Shown: positions 1 to 9,000 of the stretch, in pieces
How the letters are laid out: each line of letters begins with the position of its first letter
Position numbering within the stretch: position 1 is the first letter of the stretch
Origin: an uncultured virus (IMG/VR IMGVR_UViG_3300023198_000617)
Taxonomy: Duplodnaviria; Heunggongvirae; Uroviricota; Caudoviricetes; Crassvirales
Direction: 5' to 3' (one strand)
Virus record (IMG/VR): IMGVR_UViG_3300023198_000617
DNA length: 30,663 bases
Notes under the pieces: generated by a model
The model's database searches: none
What the model was told of the DNA's origin: nothing
The model's input: the letters and a program-made list of their open reading frames with translations, nothing else
Program-made: the position numbers and the translations under genes

Positions 1-3000
1 TGTGTGCAGGAACATTCTCACGTTCAAGTTCAACTCTTTCTTTATGAGCTTGATCTCCATGAGTCTGAAGTTTACGAATCTCAGCAGCTTCATCAGCAAG
101 AGTCTTTGCTGAGATAGGCAAGATGAGTTGTTCAAAATTATCAGGATGTAAAATGATCTCTTCCTGTACCTGAGATATAGCATTTTCTATAGAGAGCTTT
201 TCAAACTCATCTCTTGAATAAAGGAAAGGTAGATTTTCTCCTTTACTAATCATGTTATTCATAACGTCAATCGCAATATCATATTCTTGCTTAGACGTTT
301 CAGGAACTTTATCCCTGATTGCTACTAACGCATCTCGTACATTTTCTACAGTAACAGTTGCTCCTGTTTCTGAAATCTCTTTAACAATTCGATTGATGTC
401 CTTACCAATAAACGTAGCTGCTTTAGCAGTACCAAGAACTCTACGTACTGCACTTTCTTCCTGATCAATTTTGTAGTAATTATACTCGGATGCTAATCTA
501 CCAGAATCATCACCAAAGTACTCAATGTAAACAGGTTCTTTTTTACTATTAATGTAGTAGTTTGGTAGATACATGAACAGTTTATCAATATCAAAGTCTG
601 ATCCTGTTTTAGCAACAATATCAGATGGAACCATTACTGCATCTCCTGCACTTTCAGGTAAAAATCCTTTGATCTCAATAGCTTCAATTGAATTAAGACC
701 CTGAGTAGGAATCCTAAATCCGATCAGCTTAAATAATTTTGCATCAGAACTTTTTAAGTCTGCGTGTTTCATATGGTTAGGAAGATACACCTGCATATGA
801 GTGACAACAGTCTTACCCTTCTTCGTGATTCTTGTATAAGATTTTAAATCAGATGATTTCCATACCTGACCATCAGCAGAATATTCTGTTAGTCTCTCTC
901 TCCTTGTTTTTCCTACACCATTAGATACCTGTACAGGTGATCCACCAAACCGCCTCTGAGAAGAAGTCATACTATCTGCAATTGAAAGTATAATATTCTC
1001 AAGACGCTCACGGTTCACAAGCATATCTATCTTAGCACCTTTTTTCAGAGATTCAATACCTTCAATAATATTATCAGGTAAATCTCTACGGTTAGCCTCA
1101 TCAGTAAAGGTTTTAATGAGTCTATCTACATCATGAATCTTATATTTCTGCTTTCCTTTCTTGGTAGTAACAAGTTCAAGACCGAGGTCTTTAACAAGGA
1201 GTTTAACACCAATTTTAATACGCTTACGATTCAGCTTGAGATACTTCTTAGCAGGTCTTCCAAGACCACCCTCACTATCATCTTTTACTTTACCGTTCTC
1301 AAAGATTCCGTTAAGAATCTGCTTCATCATCTGACTACCAGTAATAGTTCTGGTCTTCTTCTTAAATCCCATCTCCTGCTGGACACCCCAAAACTTATAG
1401 AATGTGTCTTGGAAATGTAATGTTCTATTCTCGTCGAAGGTCCCATCGTCAGAATAAAAGTTTTGAAGTCCTTCAGAGTTGCCATCTGCATCTGGATAAG
1501 CTACAGCTTCAGTCTTGACACCAGTTCTAAACACAGCAATTCCTATCTCTTGATTCTCAAGAGTCTTACGAAGTTTATCAAGCTCTGCAAAATCATGTGT
1601 TACACTTGGAAGCAGAGGCATTAAGGAGAGCTTATACATACCCATTTTGAATCCTTCTTCTGCAAGAGGACCCATGTATTGAGGTTTAATAGGAGTAGCA
1701 ACAGGAAGTAAATCTTTATTTATAAGTCTCCCTGTCTTTAAATCTTTAGGAGTTTTTCCAAGTCGGGTCTGAACTTCCCATTGATACAAGTCTTCAAGAG
1801 AACCTGCATACCCTGATGTCCACATTCCTGCTCTGAATAGAAGTTGTCTCCACTCATGCATATTGATATATCCCTGACCATCAGCTTCATTCATTTTATC
1901 ATAAGGAAATGCAGCATCTATACCAAGTACTTCAACATACTCATTATAATTATCTGAATGAACAACAAGATCATTAAATACAGCAGTACGTAAAATAGGT
2001 TTACCGAAACCAAAGCGATCATACCTTACATACGGTCTTATAGTTCCTTTAGCATCCAGTATAGTAAGATGCTTTTCAACCCACTTATTCATCTTGTCAT
2101 AAACAGCAGCAATTCTTTTAGGACCGATTACACCATAGTTACGTTTAAACTGATCTCTGGTACTCTTATAGTTAATAGGATCAGAGAATATTACTTTGGT
2201 CTGTTCAACATTAGAAACCAGATCGTTGATTGTATAGAAAAGTAATTCACTTTCAACCTGTGCTTCAGTAAGTACGTCAAGCTGAGGAGAATCTTTCTTA
2301 TCCGGATTTGTCTTAACGTTAAGTCCGTTATTTACATATTCAATCGGTGCTCCCTCTTCTATCTCTTCCTGAGTACGCATATCCTGAATAATATTGAGCC
2401 TGAGAATCTCATCTTTATTCTCCTGTACTCGTTCAGAAACATATTCTTTTAATGCTTTCTCAATACGAGGTTTCATTCTCGGACTTTCCATGAACTGTTC
2501 AACACTCATGGTATTATCGTCAAAGAAAGCATCAAGGTCTTCAGCAAGATCATCACTTTCATACAGGATGGAAATCATAATACCATCGTGCTTACGTGTA
2601 GATGAGTTGATAAACTTATCGTTACGAGTATCTTCTACTGAACGAGAAAGTTCAGCAGTCAGATAATTTATCATTTGACCTATGTGACGATTAGAATCAA
2701 TATCATCTCTTGAGAAAAAAGGTCTTGCATACTTGATAAATCTTTCAAGGGTACTGTCTGATGGACGTAGAAGTGGGAATGTATTTTCAAGTCCATAGTT
2801 TATCTGAACTCTAAGTTGATCAGCAGGACCAAGCTCGTCGAACTGTCGTGATGTATTGGTTACATCCTGCTTACTCTCAGAGTGAATAAAATTTTCAATA
2901 GGTTGTACAGAGATGTCGATTATATCACCATTCTCATCTTTTAATGCAGTACGTTTAACACCGTCTTCATCAAATATGATACCTCCGGGTTCAAGGATCA

Positions 3001-6000
3001 TAGAATAACGATTGTAATGATCAATGTCTGTTGCTAAGTGAGGGTTCAATGCAATCAGCTCATCATAAGTATTGACTCTTTTTAAATCATCAAGAATAAT
3101 TGTATAATAACTATTATCCATAATGTTATAAACAGGATCACCGTTAGCATTTAAATGACTGTGTTCAAGATAATCAATAGTAGTATCTGCTTCGATCTCA
3201 ATAAGCACGTTAAGGTCTTCACGAGCATCAGTATCATTGTCCTTGTCGAAGAGCCAAATTTGACCGTCTTTCGTGGTCTGAATGGACTTTAAGATTGCCT
3301 GTGCTCTATTCTTAATAGAAGCCTTCATAGTAGAGTAATTACCAATCTCATCAGGATCAGTAAATACAATACCTAAACGCTCAAGAAATGCAAGAGCGTG
3401 TCTGAAATCTTTAATTTCCTTTATTCCTTTAAAGTTCTCATTATTATATATAACTATACCTTTCTTATTGACCTTCAAATCTTTACTACCAAGAGAATTA
3501 TTTCTCCATGCTTGACGAATCTTTTCAGCAGTAGAGTTCTGATTTGCATCAAAGGCAATAAATTTTCCGTTAGGTCCAGACATATCTATATTAAAACGAT
3601 GATAAGTCTTTCCGAAAGTCTGGACAAACTGAGACTGCTTGATCATATCCTTCATACTGAGATCATCTACATCCTTCTCCATAGAGAAGTCTTGAATCAG
3701 ACCATTCATATAAGGAAGCTGATAAGACAAGTCTTCCATAATAGACATCATTCCTTCGATTGAAGTCTCTCCTGAAAGTTTGTTTGCAAGAACATTGAAT
3801 ACTTCTCCAAACGGAACAACCTTAGGAAACTCCATACGGTTGCGTTTGTAATCACCTTCGACGGTATTACCATCTTTATCAGTGATAAGCTCTCTCTGTG
3901 TTGTACCTGCAAGAAGGAGTTTTACATTCTTAGATGCACTAACTTTTGAGGAAACCTTGATTACATCTGATGCCCAATTGTTATCAGGATCACGACGAGT
4001 TTCATTCTCATTTCTAAGATCGTCATAGTTTAATGCTTCGAGATTGAACTTAGACAGGTAATGCTTGTGTAATCCTTTTACGGAATACTTAGCTCTATCT
4101 GCAACTGTATCATATGCCTGAGCTTCATAGAAGTTTTCAATAGCAAAGTCAAGAGCCTGTAATACAGAAACAAGACGCTCTTGCTCAACAGGATCATCTG
4201 TCTGATTAATTTTATAAATAATTGTATGTTCAGTATTTTCGTCACCAATATTATCTATTAAATTCTGATATACCTCATCATAGATTTCTCCAATTTGAAC
4301 AGAGTTATCACTTTTATCAAAAAGTATAGCTACATCATTCTGAATTGCGTTAAAGAAATAGAAGTTTGCTCCTTCAATAATATCTCTGGTAAACGATACT
4401 GTCTTGTTATACATTGTTCGACCAAGAGCAACGTCACTGGTATTGAAACTGCTACCGTCAGTATCATCTCTATACTCATTCTGATCAATCTTCCCCCAAA
4501 CTTCAGCAATGCTATCCTGATTACCATATACTAACCAAGTAATTGAATCATAAATTTTTTGAAACAGAGTTCTCTGTACTGGTGTCTGATACTCAATGAA
4601 TTTAGATTTAACTGCATCAGGCATAGTCTTACTCAGCATAAAATCTCTAAACTCTTCTGCAAGAATTTCTTCTACAACTCCATTAGGGTAGTTCGCCTTA
4701 TCAGGATTTCTCCTTTTCCATTCACGATAAAGTGCTCTACGTTCACTACGACTGAGAATGTGTTGCGTAACTACGTGGAAAGCCTCGTGATAGGTAGTAC
4801 CTACCTCTGCATCCATAAGAATCTTAACTGCTCCACGAATCAATTGACCTTGCTTACCATCAGCTATTCTACGAACAGTACCAAAGCCTCTCTTTGGAAA
4901 ACGTTCACGAAACCATTTCTCAGCTTGAGCAATATTTTCTTTACCAAGATGATCTCCTGAAGGAGAACGATAATGAGTCTTGTCAGGCGGTGGATTCTTT
5001 TTACCCTTCTTCTTCTTTGTATCTTTCTCACCCTCAACATCTTCAACATCTACCTTATACTTCTTAGCAATAGCATCAACATCACTTTTGACATCATCGC
5101 TCTGCTTACTTTTTTTCTTTTTCTTAGTATCCTTCTCAGCCTCTTTCTGCTTAACCTTCTTCTTAGCTTTCATGTCACCTGCAACATCAGCTACAGAAAT
5201 TTCTCTCTGATACTTGTAAGTAAGATTGTCATTCAGAGCTTCAATGGCTCTCTCCATTTCCTTCTGAGGAATATTGGCTTCTGCCATTCTATTCATAAGA
5301 TTGTTGATGTTCTGAATACCTTGAGGTGATAGATTTCCATCTACTTCCTCAAAAATTCCATCTTCAGTCAAACGAAGAACTCCTCTTGTTTCTGTTGTAC
5401 GCTTATCCTTAGGACCTATTGAATCATACTGAACATAAATTCTATCTCCAACTTTAAGTTTTCCTAAACGCTTGTAAGTAGGTGATGGACTATCAGTAAT
5501 AGTCACACCAACAGCAGTCTCCTGACCTTCAAAATCTTCCTCAAATTCATCTTCTTCTACTTCTTCTTCTCCTTCAACTTCTACAATACCAAGACCTTCA
5601 GGCACATCATTAATATCAGTATAAATGTCATTAGGATGGTTATCATACTTAGCATACTGACTGTATACATGAGGATCAGTTTCACTTACAATCTCAGTAT
5701 CTTCATTTACAACATCTATCTTACTACCAGTAGGTCTCAAGAATAGGTTCACTAATCTCTCTCCATGTTTATCACCAATAAGAAACTTAACATATCCACC
5801 TTCATCTTTTGGAATAGTTTCTGCTTGAACAACACCATCAGGACTTACCTCAACTACCTGAGAAAATCCTTCTTTGGATTTAAGTTTCTGAGAACTTATA
5901 TTAATACTACGTTGTAATAGAAAATCTCTCAAAGCACCTTCTCCGTTCTCATCAACAAGAGATGGGTTAATCTGAAGATTTCCATCTTTATCAAGAATAG

Positions 6001-9000
6001 GTGTAATCTGATCATCTTCCAGATGAAAGATTGAAATTGTTTCTCTACCTAATATAAGAGAACCACCATTGTAATCACTTTCCTGATCAAAATGGAAAGC
6101 TGTATCCTCATTTTTATTTACGTTATACCACTTGTTAGTCTTCTTATTACGCTTACGATTATTACCTGTCCAGAATATAAAGTCTTCAATGACTCTTAAA
6201 CCATTTCTCTCATATTCAGTACCATTAGCACGACGAAGTTTTGCTGCACCAGTAGAATCAATATCTCCTTTTTTTCTTGGTCCTTTTCTTGACGTTGTTT
6301 TTTTCTTCTTTTCTAAGACTGTACTATTCTTAGCAAAAGACCTGAAGATATTAGAGATAATGCTAATCTCGTCATCGTTCACATTACGAGGTCTTGCCTC
6401 GTAAACATTTCCTGTTGTTGGATCATAAACAAATGTAGCACCTGTACGACGAGAACTAATATTAGCATCACCTAACGCAAGACCTTCGAGCGTATTAACT
6501 GCAACATCCACATTTTCATGACCAAGTGCTTCATCAACAGAAATTCCCGGTCTGTCCTGAAGATTTCTGTTTGCGTTTGGATCGTTAGGTATACCAAGAC
6601 TCTTACCATTTAAGCGAACATATATCTTAGCAGTCGGATCATTTTTAAGAATATCTGTTATCTTCTGACGAAATTCATTATGTTGCTTTAAGACTTTCTT
6701 CTTTTTCTTTTCAAACTTAGCATCACCTTTCTCTTTGGTCATAGGCTTTCCAAAGAATAAACTATATTCTTCAGCAGTTTGAGGTTGAAAATATTTAGCA
6801 CCATGAATCTCAGTCTCAAGTTTCAACGGAACTGAGGTATAAACATTCCATTTAGGATTGAATTTCTTTGTAGTAGTAACGCTATCATCAGCGTTCATCT
6901 TGATATATCTTCCCTTACTATCTACAATACGAGCATAATATACATCGTCAGCTTTATAGTAACCCTTTGGATATTTCTTACTAATACTCTCTTTCTCAAT
7001 ACGTTCACGTTCTTGTTTAGGAGGTCTTACTATTTGAATACGATATTCTCCACCTGCAATATTAGTTTGAGCTGTCCAACGATAATATCTACGTTGAGCA
7101 GGATCAGGATTGAGATTTATATCATCTTCCATAACGTGCTTACCTGAAAGACCTGCAAACACATTGTCTATTGAACGTTTAAGACCATCTTTCCAGAAAG
7201 CTACCGCTTCGGTTATCGTCATTGGAACACGTTCATCACTTGACTCAGCAGAAGTAGCATCATTCTCATCACGAGAACGTTCTGATTCATCTGAACTCAT
7301 ATCCTCATAAGTAGTAAATCCACCACGCTTGTTCTCTTTACTCTGACGATAATCTTCAAGAGCTTGGACTTCCTCATCAATAAAGTCAAGAGTTAAATAG
7401 TGATCATCTATAATCTCTTCAAGAACACTTACTTCCTCATTAAGAGTATTAAGTTTCTCTGACGTTGTAGTATATTCCTTTCCTTTTTCATCAGCCTGTT
7501 TCCGCTTACCTTCAATCTCACGGAGCTTAGCGTCAAGAGCAGTTCTTATTGTCTGTCTTGCCTTCTCAACTCTCATCCTGTCTTCAAGAGAAGAAGGAAC
7601 TGTAACGTGCTGTTCCTTATACCTCTTACGTGAACGATACTGTTTAGTAGGATGCTTTTTAGCTTCAAGGATAACTACAGTAGTTTTAACTGTTCGATCA
7701 GCAGTAAGCTCACCAGCAAGGTCTTGTGTTAATTCACGTTCGGTTTCCGCAAGGAGTTCTGCATTACTTTTAATTTTAAATGGAGAGAGAACATTAAGTG
7801 CATTAAAAAGTTTATTGAGAACTTTCTTTAGATGCTCTTGAATACGTTTCCACCCTACAAGAATTGCAGTATTATTTTCAATCTCCTCAATTATTTCATC
7901 AGCTTTCTTACTAAAAAATTCTTTCTCAGCTTCCGTTGTAGCAGGAGTTTCGGTATCTTCAGTTACCTTCTCTTCATTGATCCTGTTAAGGAGATACTGA
8001 AGACCAAGTTGTAGTTCTCTCTGAGCCTCAACACCTTCCTTAAACTTCTTCTCAGCAGCTTCCATAAGCTGAAAAGTACGGTTGATCAGATCATGAGTCT
8101 TTTTAATAGAATTTTCATTAACCCTTCTGTCACCTTTGTTTTTCAGACCTGTCTGATGTTCAAGATAAGCGATATGATCATGGTAATCCTTGAGCAACTT
8201 ATTATACTCGTCTTCGAGCTTCTTGTTCTCATCCTTCTGCGTACCAAGCAATCCTTTCTTAGCCTTAATTAAATCTTTCAGATTTCTTTTACGAGAAACC
8301 TTGAACTCATGCTGATCCCATTCACCTATGAAAACATATTTTTCATTAAGTTTTTCCTTGTCCAGAGTCTCAATGTTCGTTGCATTGTACCTGTTCTTAG
8401 GTCTCTTAACATAATATTCATTAGGTTTATTCTTATTCCTACGAACAAGAACAGTCCTTCCAGATTTTTTATCCCTATAAGCTGAATCTTCATAGTCAAT
8501 GTTAGTAAGAAGGGTATATGATAAACTCCTACCAGTTATTCGCTTATACGCCTCCTGAGCAGCTTTAAGGACCTCATCATGCTCAGGTAGGTTACGAGGA
8601 CGAATTTCAGTTTCAATAAAATCAGTGAGAGTTTCTAAATCTTTGATGTCTGCAAGTATCTCTACGGCTGCTTTACTATCTTCAGGATTAAAGGGAACAA
8701 CCTTCTCCTGTTCAGTTGAGATAGGTTCATGCTCTAACCTGAACTCATCATTATCAATGTCAATTTCGATAAGATCACCAATAGTATCTCCGTTCGCATC
8801 TACTTCAATCATTACGTGCTTACCGTCTTTCTTACGCACGTATTTTTTAAACTTACGTCCTGTAGAATCTATGAGATTTACTCTACCTTCATATCTCTTA
8901 ACATCTTTAGTACGTTCCTCAGCTACTTGAGCATCAGATACACCGTTAAGGAGTTTTTCAAATTCTTCCTGTCCTTCTTTGGTAAGCAGGTAATTGTACT

